Both the position numbers and the translations under genes were made by a program. The notes under the pieces were generated by a model, which saw only the letters and a program-made list of their open reading frames with translations, was not told the origin of the DNA and did no database searches. Positions 23,749 to 35,578 of a stretch of DNA of 36,202 bases are shown piece after piece; within the stretch, counting starts at the first letter, position 1; every line of letters starts with the position of its first letter. Source of the stretch: Octopus bimaculoides (Eukaryota); assembly GCF_001194135.2 (NCBI RefSeq), contig NC_068988.1, positions 78,239,822 to 78,276,023 of the forward strand. Direction: 5' to 3'.

Positions 23749-23974
23749 TACATTCTGTAGCCTCTCAAATACATACTATTGTAGTCTATATGATATCTTT
23801 ACTTGTACACTCAATGTAGCTTATTCAGTATTGAATATATAAACCTTTTACTGTTCTTGTTTTATCCATTAAGCCATAGATTAAGAGCATGTTTCAGGGG
23901 TATTTATATCAATCACACCAGCTTTATTGTGTGTTCACCAGGTTATTGCCAAGCTAGTGTTTAAAACACACATG

Positions 23975-24035
23975 CGCACACGCACACACACACACACACA
24001 CACACACTCTCTCTCTCTCTCTCTCTCTCTCACAC
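23975..24035. repeat. Compound (CA)n(CT)n microsatellite
   Basis: Direct reading. Confidence 0.9.
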
Positions 24036-25949
24036 CAGTCACTTAGTAGAATTATATGGGGGTGATAACACTTTTTAAGTCACATTCACAACAATGGAAT
24101 TGCAGGTTTCAAGCTGGCTTGATATGTTCAGATTTTCTCCAGTCAGTCATGTTTTGTACCAGAGATATCTAGTATTGCTAATGACCTAACTAAAGCACTG
24201 CAACAATTAGGTAATTAAATGTACAGTTTGGTAATTAATTTGTTCCAAATTTAGAAGTAATGCTTTGTTTTGTGGTGACAAAAATGTTAGTTTGCTTTAA
24301 AATTCACTTGTGTATGTGTCCATGTTCTGAGTTCAAATTACACCTTTCAACATTTCAGAATTAGTAATATAATGATTAAGGAACTAGTAGTTTAAATAAA
24401 TTATAATTAACTACTCTTCAACTTAGTTAATATATACACCAGTTGTTTTGTGCCACCTTTCCATCACTATATTCCTGGTTTCTCTAACATCATGCCTTGG
24501 CCCACTTTATTTACATCCCATTAGTTCATATTTATAATATTCACATTGTTTCTGGCTAAAACCTTTTGGAACTGCCCTCTCAATAAATATCTTTGTTAAT
24601 TGATCAAGTAGATATGTGTAGACATTATCAAAAAACTAGGGTATAATTTGGTTACTGTTTCTTGCTGGTTGTATGACCACATAGAGGATTTCACATTAAG
24701 CCTTTGTCCACGTTGTTATTGTTCCTTTTCTTCAGCTAGTTTAGTATAATATATTTGAAAAGTTAAATTTTTGCTCATGTTTCATAATTTTTTTTTCATG
24801 TATTCATTATAAGACATTATATCTTGGAGTGTTTTTTAAAATATTGGGGTTCATAACATTTGTAATGTAAAAACATGGAGAACAGAAGTAGTTGTAATAT
24901 TTTGTCTGCAAAGAACTTCTCCAATGAGACATGTATTAAGAATACAGTGTGTTGGCAGAGGAGTGTTTTTATCTGATTTCATCTCTTCAGTGACAAATAC
25001 TGCAGACATTCTGAGCTAAACCAAGAGATGCTTGTTTGGATATAGACATCAGTAAATAAAACATTGACTGATTTATTTATGTGGAAGCTAACCAAGGTTG
25101 AATTAAATTAATGTATCCACTTGAATTAAAATACTGGTGTGTATAATATTTATAATGTGTATACAAATGTTGAACAGAACTATCTGTGATATTTTGTCTT
25201 GATGAAAGTTCTTGAAGAGACTTAAGTGTTAAAAACACAGCTTCACTCATAATTCCAGTGGATTGCCAGATATGGTGTTTTAACCTGAGTTAGTCTCTTT
25301 AGTGATGAATCTCTTGGATGCTCTGAACTAAGCTGGAAAAATCATTTTGAATTTTGGTTATCTTTCAGCCAGAACCTTTACAACTTTCCTGTCTTTACTC
25401 TCTTGTTATTTTGCATTTCTCACTACTGTTTAGTGCTTGAGCATCCAGCTAGATTATTTACAGCATTTAGTTTTGTCTTTACTGAATATCTTGACAGACA
25501 TGAATTTTGATCAGTACACGTTTGATAACATAATTACCAGTAATATATTAAGGAATATTTATTTCATTATTCCTTTCTCTTTCACAAAAATGATTTTAAA
25601 GAAAAAGTACCTGGTCTAGTATTAACCTTTTAACTATAAATCTGCCAGAAATTCTCTCTAGTTCTTTGATACAAAATCTGCTATAGAGCTTAAACTGTTC
25701 TTATTTATTTCAAATTTTCTATAAGACTCTTTTGTTATGTCCCAAACACTAGCTTCATGTATTAAGAAACTATTATTTTACTAAATCTCACTAATTTTTT
25801 GATTATTGAAAATATTGATTGAAACCCAGGCAATATGACCCAGAAATAGTTAAGAGAGAAATTCTTGTTTATTCTTGACAATAAAAAAACATAAGAACAT
25901 TTGATAATTCAATAACCACTGACAAATCTCATTCTGTTTTGCTTTTCAG

Positions 25950-26428
25950 CTGATGAATATTCATTCATTTCAAGCCCGTCCAGTTCCATATCTGTGATTT
26001 TATTCAAGAGTTTGTCTCTAAAAAGATTGCGTCGGAGCACCAATGATACGGATACCATATCACCTTCAAGCACTGTTCAGCCGTTATTTAGTAATAGCTC
26101 ATTGCCACAAACAACCAAATCTTCTATAAACAGTTCACACTCAATTCATACAATAAAGGACACAACACTTAAACTGGCTCCAACAACAGCAACAATATCT
26201 ACTCCTAAATCTGTTTCTATTTCTTCAGCAACCTCAAGTTTATCTCTATCAACCGCAACAACTTTGCCTTCAACAATTGTAACGAATGATAAAGTCACTG
26301 ATACTTCTACACAACAGTCAACTCATGCTGTTCCAGCCAAGCCCCCCTCCACTCTCCTTACTCAAACTACTAATATACCAACTTCAACCACTCCAGAATT
26401 AACTACACCTTTGACGAAAGTTGTTGAG
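25950..26428 (+). CDS. Second visible coding exon: furin-like site and Ser/Thr-rich mucin-like domain
   Basis: Acceptor TTCTGTTTTGCTTTTCAG|C; phase 1 fits exon 1 (G|CT = Ala); open for 159 further codons (ADEYSFISSPSSSISVILFKSLSLKRLRRSTNDT...TTPLTKVVE); donor GAG|GTAAGG, phase 0. Confidence 0.85.
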
Positions 26429-26450
26429 GTAAGGACTTATTATTATTATT

Positions 26451-26865
26451 AAGGTGGAGAGCTGGCAGAATTATTAGCATCCGGGCAAAAGGCTTAGCAG
26501 TATTTCACCCGTCTGTACATTCTGAGTTCAAATTCCGCTGTGGTTGACTTTGCCTTCCATCCTTTCAGGGTGGATAAAATAAGTACCAGTTGAAAACTTA
26601 GGTTGATGTAATCAATTCATCCCCTCCTGCAAAATTGCTACCCTTGTGGCAAAATTTGAAATAATTATTGTTATTAATATTATTATTATTATTAAGGTGG
26701 TGAGCTGACAGAACTGTAAACATGCTGGACAAAATAAAAAAATGCTTAGTGGCATTTCTTCCAACTTGGGGTCAATAAATTAAGTATGAGTCAAGTACTG
26801 GGGTCAATGTAATTGACTATCCCCGTCTCCACAAATTCCAGGCCCTGCACCTATAGTAGAAAGGA
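26451..26865 (+). mobile_element. Two tandem family B SINE copies (26451-26660, 26694-26865) separated by (TTA)n
   Basis: Both begin AAGGTGG(A/T)GAGCTG(G/A)CAGAA and contain the GATAAAATAAGTA/GGGGTCAAT block. Confidence 0.8.
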
Positions 26866-27044
26866 TGATTACTATTATCATTATTATCAAAAATATTAAT
26901 ATGCCAACTTGTTTTTTTGTTTGTACTTGTGGCGTGTGTCACACTTACTTCAAAGGAAGAAGTGGGTGAAAGTGGGAGGACAGAGAGGAAGTGAGTGATA
27001 ATGGCGTTTGTTTTGTTTTTAAATGTTTATCATGTTGCAACAAA

Positions 27045-27200
27045 AGTAGATACATAGATCAAAAGAAAAGTTGATACATAGATACATACACACATTGTTA
27101 AATTAAAAGCAGGAGAGAGGAGGGACGCAGAAGTGAAAGAGACAGTAGATACATAGATCAAAAGAAAAGTTGATATATAGATACATAGACATATTGTTAA
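27045..27200. repeat. ~57-bp direct repeat, 2 copies with ~42-bp spacer
   Basis: AGTAGATACATAGATCAAAAGAAAAGTTGATA(C/T)ATAGATACATA at 27045 and 27144. Confidence 0.85.
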
Positions 27201-27264
27201 TAACTACAGCAAATATTGGATGTCACTTTCACTTTTCATTACCACACGAGGATAAAAATTAACT

Positions 27265-28020
27265 CACAAGTAGCTAAGTACTCTGCAGACATGCATACCA
27301 TTAGCATAGTTCTCAGGGAGATTCAGCTTCACACAGAATATGACAAGGCTGGCCCTTTCAGTTACAGCTAAAACTCATTTTGGCCAGCTGAGTGGCTAGA
27401 AGAAAATGAAAAAAGATCCTATATAGAGGCAGGAAAATCTTTTTAGTCATTGGGTCTCACTGTGGGTGTTAATCCGGTCCTAACAGTGGCATTTGTAGGT
27501 CTCACAGTTCTGAAGGCCAAGCACTTAGATAAACACTGATGTGCAGGCTGTTGTTATCAAACTGAGCGTCAGTTGAGGGCAAAGTCACCACACAACGGAA
27601 TAGCAATAATTTTATCTTAGCTTTCACTGCTTATACTAAACACATGACATTTTTGCCTTAGGATATGAAACAATTTCATTTCTTTCACTCTTTTTTTAAA
27701 AATGGCACTCTATCGGTTATGACGACGAGGTTCCTGTTTATCTGATCAATAGAACAGTCTGCTCATAAAATCAACATGCAAGTGGCTGAGTACGCCACAG
27801 ACATGCATACCATAAGGTTGTTCTCAGGGAGATTCAGTCTCACACTGAATGTGACAAGGCTGGCCTCTTTGAATTTCAGCTGCAACTCATTTTTACCAAC
27901 GGTATGGACTGCAGCAAAGTGAAGTAGTTTACCTTGTTCAGGAACAAAGTTTGCTGCAGGGAATTGTACTCATGACTTTATGATCATGGGCTGAATACTC
28001 CTAGCCACTGAGCCACACAC
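27265..28020 (-). mobile_element. Family C-type SINEs: partial copy 27265-27400 and near-full copy 27703-28020
   Basis: Shared CAGACATGCATACCAT...GTTCTCAGGGAGATTCAG...TGACAAGGCTGGCC...AACTCATTTT; tRNA-like head on the minus strand at ~27960-28020. Confidence 0.7.
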
Positions 28021-28491
28021 CCACACTCTCTTAACTGTAGAGAAAAGGAGTGAAGTGATAGATACATTTACAGTGACAATTAGACTGAAATACAATCGAC
28101 CTTTTCTAGCTTCTTTACTTTTAACAATGAAGAAGAGGGAAAGTCTTTCAGCTGTTTACATTTTTATTATGGGAGTCCTAGAACTATCGAGTGTTAGTTA
28201 TCTCTTCTTTCCCCCACCCCTAGTACTTATTTACCTTCTTTCATAGTTCTTTATGTCTTTTAGTTGGGGTGGGGGAAAGACCATGTTTTTATTTTTCAGG
28301 CACATTTAACGTTTACTCTAGAAACTACAAACAAGCCCCCTCCCTCTTTTACATACAAAAACTAATGCAAATTTTGAATGGGGTACAGCTGTGAAAGAGC
28401 CTAGAAAAATGGGTAATACCCCCTACAAAATGGGTGGGGGAGAAAAGTTGCCAACAGGTGGCTACACGAAATTCAACTCTTTACTTTAAAG

Positions 28492-28569
28492 AGTGTTTTC
28501 TACTATAGCCTCGGGCCGACCAAAGCCTCATGAGTGAATTTGGTAGATAGAAACTGAAAGAAGTCTGTC

Positions 28570-28601
<32 letters not shown>

Positions 28602-28838
28602 GTATATATATATTTATGTGTGTGTGTTTGTGTCTGTGTTTGTCCCCCCACCACCATTGCTTGACAACCGATGTTGGTGTGTTTGCATCCCTGTAACTTA
28701 GCTGTTCGGCAGAAGTAACTGATAGAATAAGCACCAAGCTTACAGGGAATAGTCCAGGGGTCAATTTCTTCAACTAAAGGGTGATGCTCCAGCATGGCCA
28801 CCGTCAAATGACTGAAACAAGTAAAAGAATAAAAGAAT
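28492..28838 (+). mobile_element. Family A SINE lacking its head, with internal microsatellite
   Basis: TACTATAGCCTCGGGCCGACCAAAGCC...GAAACTGAAAGAAG-(TA)n(TG)n-TTGACAACCGATG...GACTGAAACAAGTAAAAGAATAAAAG. Confidence 0.85.
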
Positions 28839-29087
28839 ACCAGGAGAACATTTCATACCACACAACCAAGGTTCTTTGAATGTGTACGATGTATTTTAAG
28901 GGTAAATAGTAATTCTGTTTACATTTGTGTAACAGATATTTTGGTTGGATGATATAGTTACCAGTTTTACACTTCTTTCTATATTCTGTAGGTATTACAA
29001 TATAGAAACATTTCTCATGGTACCAGCACACAATTTACAGATGCTTACATTATTTATGTTTTCTGTGAATTTTTCACAGATCCAACT

Positions 29088-29400
29088 AGTTATTATTATT
29101 ACACTAGTGCATGCTGATTTATTAGCAGATATTTTATCTTGAGGTTGGTGACAAGTTGCCTCAAATCTCGAGAATTTTTCTTTGGATTGTTGCAGAATAT
29201 AGGATACTTTGCTGTAAGTTGAAAATACGAGTTTCAGTTCCAACTTCTTTTAGTTTCTTAGATAACATTTTGGGTGTTGTGTCAAGTGCACCTATTACTA
29301 CAGGAATAATTGTTGTCTTTGATCTTTAACGGTTCTCTGACTAGGGCCTGATAATTTTCAATTTTTTTCAATTTCTTTGGTATTGACCCCACCAGAACTG
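29088..29400 (-). mobile_element. R4/Dong-like LINE (restriction-like endonuclease) 3' end with (TAA)n tail
   Basis: Minus strand, with indels: KEIEKIENYQALVRE...KTTIIPVVIGALDTTPKMLSKKLKEVGTETRIFNLQQSILYSATIQRKILEI*, stop at 29161-29163, then (TAA)n at 29089-29101. Confidence 0.7.
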
Positions 29401-29429
29401 CAGGAGCTTTAAGGAGAAATACTTCCCAG

Positions 29430-30720
29430 GCACGAATCGTCTCCAAAGATGCTCTTCAGATGTTATACGAAAGGCAGCAGCTGAGCAAGAGTCTTTTTTG
29501 TGCATGGCACAAAAGATTGTGCAGTAGCTGACCTGGCTGCATCAAATGCAAACATGGAACCTTGCCTACCACTGTGCAAGACCACCACAATCAGCAGACA
29601 TGAGATGGCCTTCCCTAACGCCAGCACAGTCGTCACACCAATATTTTTTATTAAACATTGGAGGCCCTGTGCATCATAACAACAAAAGCAAAATTTTTTT
29701 CCTGAGAGACTTTGCTGCATGCAATCAAGCCCTATGCATAGCACTCGTGAAAACTCATCTTAGGCCTGATATAGAGGATGCAGAAGTATACGTACCAAAA
29801 TATGCCATACTGTAAACAGACAGAAGGGAAAGGAGCCATGGTGGAGTTGCTGTATACATCTGTGAGGACCTCATGACCCATGTCCTACTGTCATACTCAA
29901 ATTCAGTATGTGACACTCTAACTGTATACATGAGACAATACAATATACTCATATACAATACATATCACCCACCGGATATTCCAAACTACTAAGGCAAGTT
30001 TGAAGATTGCCTCACAAAAATTAAAGAAACCCCTCATGAAACTGTAACACCACATGACCATATTTCTTATGGACAAGTTCAACCTCCCCAGTGTCAACTG
30101 GCCCAAGGGCCTCATGCTGTCATGAATGACTCATTTCAAACAAGTACAAGTGGAGTCCCTGCTCAACCTCACCAAAGCCCTATTCATGGAGCAAATTGTG
30201 CTCTGATGAACCAGGGCGAATAACAAAGTGGATCTCTGCACCACAAACAATATGGACATCGTTTATAATGTGAAAGTGATGCCCACACTGTTTTTGGATC
30301 ACAACATAATAGAGCTGTCTATACAGGAGCCAAAAGTATTCAGAGACATATAGCTGAAAGGAAGCACCCAAAATCTCTCCAATATGAACTTCCACAAAGC
30401 AGACTGGAAATCGATCCAAAAAGAAATCCTCACACAGGACTGGCTGAAATGTCTCTCCACACTAGACATTGGCATGAAACTAGAATATTTTATGTCTGTT
30501 ATACAAACCATATGCCAGAAATATGTCCCAGAGCACAAGGCCAACAAAAAATGGAGCAAGATTCCAAGGGATAGGAAGATCCTCGTGAGATGATGGATGA
30601 AGGCTGCAAGTCGATGGTATTGTGGGCACTGGAGACAGATCTGGAAAGCTGGAAGCCTCTAGTCCATGACCACACAATGGTGGTGAATCTCAGATGGTCG
30701 CTCTCCAATGAATAGCTGTG
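29430..30720 (+). mobile_element. CR1-clade LINE ORF2 N-terminal part (APE and linker), decayed
   Basis: IALVKTHLRPDIEDAEVYVPKYAIL*TDRRERSHGGVAVYI; later NFHKADWKSIQKEIL..DW...QKYVP...IPRDRKIL. Confidence 0.85.
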
Positions 30721-30749
30721 ACATTGGAGTTCGGCAGCTAGACTCATGA

Positions 30750-33700
30750 CTGGGCTGGTCTCTTAAGTATTACTGCAGCCCACCCCTCAAGGAGAAGCCC
30801 CTAGGAAAGGTGGGGTAAACATTGGACACAGCAACTTCATCTGGCCAGCATACCATGGCTGGCAGACCTCCCACTTAGCTGTCAGCACTACTAAATCCTG
30901 TTTCACAACCTCTCACTTTGGGGCCTGGGACATCCCCACTTTCCAGGACAAGAGTGATATTAATTGACCAGAGCACCGTACAGCCCTCATCTGCAGTTGC
31001 CTGCTTCAACATCGACGTAGCAGCTTTGAGCGAAACTAGGCTTCCCGGTAAAGGCAGCATCAGAGAAGCTGGCCCCAAATACACCATCTTTTGGAAGGGG
31101 AAGAATTGTAATGAAGCACACATCCATGGAGTTGGCCTTGCCATCAAAATGCAACTTGTGGACCAACACAGACTCGTCCCAACTGCCATCAGTGAGTGCC
31201 TGATGACTGTTTGGATTCCACTCATTGAGGACAAATTCCTTACACTGATCTCTGTGTATGCCCCTACCCTCACATCTGAAGACGATGTCAAGGCTTCGTT
31301 CTACAACCTGCTGGACTGCACTATTCATGACAAACTCGTCATGTTGGGGGACTTTAACAGCAGAGTTGGCAGTGACCACTGTCTGTGGTCTGGAATTCTT
31401 GGCCATCATGGCATTGGGAAATGCAATGCCAATGGCCACCTCCTCCTAGGCCTTTGCACCAAGCATGAACTCATCATCACCAACTCTCTATTTCACGTCC
31501 CTACTCGACAAAAAGCAGCCTGGAAACACCCACAGTCTAAACACTGACACATCCTCGACTACGTTCTGACAAGATCCAGGGACAGACAAGATGTACACAT
31601 TACCCGCTCCATGCTTGGTGCAGATGACTGCTGGACTGATCACTGCCTTCTTATTTCTTGCTTTGACATCAAGATCCACTACCCACCAAAACGGGTCTCA
31701 GCAAACATCCCTTGCTGACGCTTCAAATGCGCCAAACTCTGGAACTCACAGGCATCCCAAGACTTCAGCGAATCCATTGAGAGACACCTGATGGACCTCC
31801 CAGAGCCATCCACTATTGAGGATTGCTGGACCAGCCGCCGTGAAGCCATGACTGCTGCTGTCGGGGAGACAATCGACTTTGCCCAGAAGAAGGACAAGAT
31901 TGGTTTGAGGAGAATGTTGAAATCATCTCCTGTCTTATCAGAACCAAACTCTGGATATGCCTAGCCCATGAGAACCATACCTCTGCGGAGAACACACGTA
32001 AACACCAGCAAGCATCAGCAGAATGCCAATGAGGAATTTGAGAAGCTCAGAACATCTGGTGACAGAGGAGATGCAAAATTATATGGACCTACAAAACTTG
32101 CGCATCTTTTATACTGCATCCAAGGAGATCTTAGGCCCCACAAGATCATCAGTGGGCAGCCTGAAGAATGCAGCTGGCTCTATGATAACCAACACCCAAG
32201 GAATCCTCGGTTGCCGACGATCTCCTCCAAAACACCCCCACAGCTACCCATCCTCCATTGGATGTCCTTGCTGCCCTCACGCCATGAATTCAACAAAGCA
32301 CTTGCATGCATGAAGCGAGGGAAAGCTCCAGGACCAGACAATATCCAGTTTGAGTTTTACATGCATGGAGGCCCTGAGCTGATAAATCATCTGATGCTCC
32401 TTATCCTCAAGATCTGGGAAAGCAAGAACCCTGCAAATGACTTCCGCGATGCAACTATCATCACCATCTACAAGAAGGGAGACTGAGAGAATTGCAACAA
32501 CTATTGGGGTATCTCACTCCTGAGTATTGCAAGTAATATCTTTTCCCGTATCCTACTCAATTGTCTACTCATCCTCACGGAAGATGTCCTCCCTGGGTCC
32601 CAGTGTGGTTTTCGACCCTCTCAATGCACAACTGACATGATCTTTTGTGCCCGTCATCTCCAGGAGAATTGTCAGGAACAACAACAGCCTGCAATGTTCA
32701 TTCTTTGGGATCTAAAGAAAGCCTTTGACAAGGTCCCCTGTCCTGCAGTGTAGGCCATCCTTGCCTGGATTGGATATCCCTCCACGATGGAATGCTGGGT
32801 AGGGCATGTCATCAAAATGCCCTCGCAAACCCATGTCCTATCACTGGGGTCTTAAGCAAGGATGCGTCCTGGCACCAACTGATTTTTCTTTGTGCATGGC
32901 TGTTATGTTCATCGAACTTCCACTAGACTCGCCTTCCCTCAACATGTGCTCTTGCTTTGATGGTGGACTCTTCATTCTCGCATATCTCTGTGCAAAGACG
33001 AGGACCTCCACCATCTCAGTCCATGAGATGCATTATGCCAGTGACAATGCCACTCCGAGACAGACCGCAGATGGCCTACAATGGATGGCTAATCTTTACA
33101 TGGCTTACGAATGCTTTGGGATGCAAGTAAACAAATTAAAGACCAAGACACTGATCGAACCTGCACCAGGCCAGAACAGTCCACCTACAAACATTAGCAT
33201 CAATAGCCAACCCCTAGAAGAAGTTGAACACTTCACATACCTTGGAAGTATCCTTTCAAAGACCCCCATATGTAAAAAGGATGAGGAGAACTGGATTGGG
33301 GCTGCCCACTCTGCCTTCGGCAGATTCAGCCAGCGTGTATTCTTCAATCATGCACTGACTATCTGGACAAAGATCATGGTCTTCCGTGCCATTGACCAGT
33401 CAATTCTACGCTTGTGAGACTTTGATGTTGTACCACCATAACTTCCAGCATCTTGAATGCTTCCAGCAATTGAAGCTATGACATCCTCAACATACAATGG
33501 GGAGATCACATTACCAACAACGAGGTTTTTTGCTGTGCCTCACTACCAAGTATCGAAGCCACTATTCTTCACCATCGTCTCCGCTGGGTAGGTGATGTCC
33601 AGCATATGGATCCCTCTCGTCTCCCAAGGACCATGCTCTACAGAGAACTTGCAATCATAACAAGACCCAGAGGAGGTCCGAAGTTCTGTTATAAAGACCA

Positions 33701-34000
33701 GCTCAAAGGGACCTTTGCTCAAGCTAACATCCAGCCATCCTCATGGGAACAGATTGCTATGGATAGGACAGCCTGGAAGACTGCTATCGCAATGGAGCCA
33801 GCTCTTTCAAACAGAACAGACAACAGAATGAGGAGGCAAAATGCAGGAGAAGAAAGGAGCATCTTCAACTTCCTTGTCCTGCACCGATCATCCTGTGCGA
33901 GTTCTGCCTGCAACTCTTTCACCACTGACTTGGACTCCAAAGTCATTTTTCAGCACCAACATCAGCCTAGGAGACTGGATTGAAACTGATGAAACAAATG
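30750..34000 (+). mobile_element. Near full-length RTE-1/BovB-like LINE, pseudogenised
   Basis: APE: FNIDVAALSETRLPGKGSIRE...ISVYAPTL...LGDFNSRVG...WKHPQSKH; RT: GKAPGPDNI...TIYKKGD...QCGFRP...DMIF...DLKKAFDKV...GLKQGCVLAPT; then FTYLGS, RLPRTMLY, DRTAWK; many stops and frameshifts. Confidence 0.92.
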
Positions 34001-34049
34001 CTCGGATATGGGTAGGAGCCTGCAATCGAGATATATATATATTTATATA

Positions 34050-34315
34050 TTTATCATCATCGTCATTATTGTCGTTTCCCATCTGCTTTCCATGCTCGCA
34101 TAGGCTGGATGGTTTGACTGAGCACTGACAAGCCAGAAGGCTGCACCAGGCTCCAATCTGATCTGGCAAAGTTTCTACAGCTGGATGCCATTCCTAATGC
34201 CAACCACACCGAGAGTGAGGTGTGTGCTTTTTACATGCCACTGGAATGAAGTCCAGTCAGGTGGTACTGGCATCGATAATGCTTGAATGGTACTGGCATC
34301 GACAATGCTTGAACT
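34050..34315 (-). mobile_element. RTE 3'UTR fragment (family of 1111 and 5686) with 26-bp tandem duplication
   Basis: CTGCTTTCCATGC...TTTCTACAGCTGGATGCC.TTCCTAATGCCAACCAC; TGGTACTGGCATCGA(T/C)AATGCTTGAA twice. Confidence 0.85.
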
Positions 34316-34329
34316 ATTTCTTTGTAATT

Positions 34330-35300
34330 CTCTTTTCCTCCCTCTTTGTGGTAAAATTTGATATATACTTAAAAGTATTCAAAGAAAGTTTATCCTTTTT
34401 GTTATAATATTATTCTTAATAATCTTCTTGAAACAAAAAAATTGGTGTAAAAAAATTAGTGTAAAATTAGAATGTCCTATAACTTAGATATTCCTTTAGC
34501 TAATACCAGGTATCAGTCTTCTATTGATACTAGCTAAATAAGTAAATATATAATTTTTAGTCTAATATATGTTGAATTATTATACATTTTCTATAAACCT
34601 TCTCTGTTGTTAATAAGCTACATATACGTTATGTTTTTAGTGATTAAGCTATTTTATTCCTTTTCTATGGTGTTCTGCCCTACCTGATTATTCTATTTCT
34701 TTATCATTTTATAATTAGCCTTTATTTATTTATTAAAAAAAATCAATTTTTTAAACATCTGTAAATTCAAACTTAGCTTATATAAAACAATACTGGTATA
34801 TTCACGACTTATAATAAACTGCTTATTTTATAATTTAATATATAGTTAGCATGTTCTTTTACCTCAGTACTCATTTATTAAATACCAGTATATACCAATT
34901 AATAAATATTCACAGATACCATCTGATGAATTAATATTTAAGTGTACAATATGTATAAATATTAAACTATTTCTGGATAATTTCTTTTCCTTCATCTATT
35001 GTGGTAAAAGTTAAGTATAATACTCAAAGGTATTAAAAAATGTTATCCTTTTGTTATAATGTTCTTCTTCATAATACATTGATTAACCCTAAATTTTAAC
35101 TATACAATATAGCAACATTGTTTAAAATATTTATAGTACTACATGATAAGATTTCCCCTGTTTCATTATCAATGGTCTGCTAGTGGCTGCCCCATTAATT
35201 GTCAGCTAACATCTTGATTTAAGTTTTCCTTTACCAAACCTCATGTTATTGCTTTTAATAAATCTTGATTTTTATGACTATACCCACTATGATTTCTGTC
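34330..35300 (-). mobile_element. Highly decayed Penelope-like RT relic
   Basis: Minus strand NSSDGICEYLLIGIY (~34885-34932) resembles the PLE RT MGSxDGAExCELVGxY block; an NFYPSI-like block lies just 5' of it (~34991-35012) and is duplicated at ~34340-34410. Confidence 0.45.
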
Positions 35301-35578
35301 TGCTCCCTCAGCCCTACCCCTAACAGACACTGACCCTTGTTCTCTTGGCCTTAGATATAAAAGGATTTGATAAAACTAGTCTATAAATTAAAACTGACCC
35401 CATAAAAAACAGTAACAAGCAAACATCTGTAACAAGTCTTTCTTCCTGATACCTTAGTAGCTTCTAAGCTGAAGGGAAAGCAGTATGTTCTTTGTCAAGT
35501 CCTTAACTTCTTGGAGATTTAAGGTAAAGTTATACTAATATGTCCAGCCGTTTAAATTTAATTAAATTCTATGTCTTT

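Noticed and set aside
28300-28365. Candidate exon 3 after TTTTTCAG
   Set aside because: Phase-0 reading hits TAA after 21 codons with no convincing donor.
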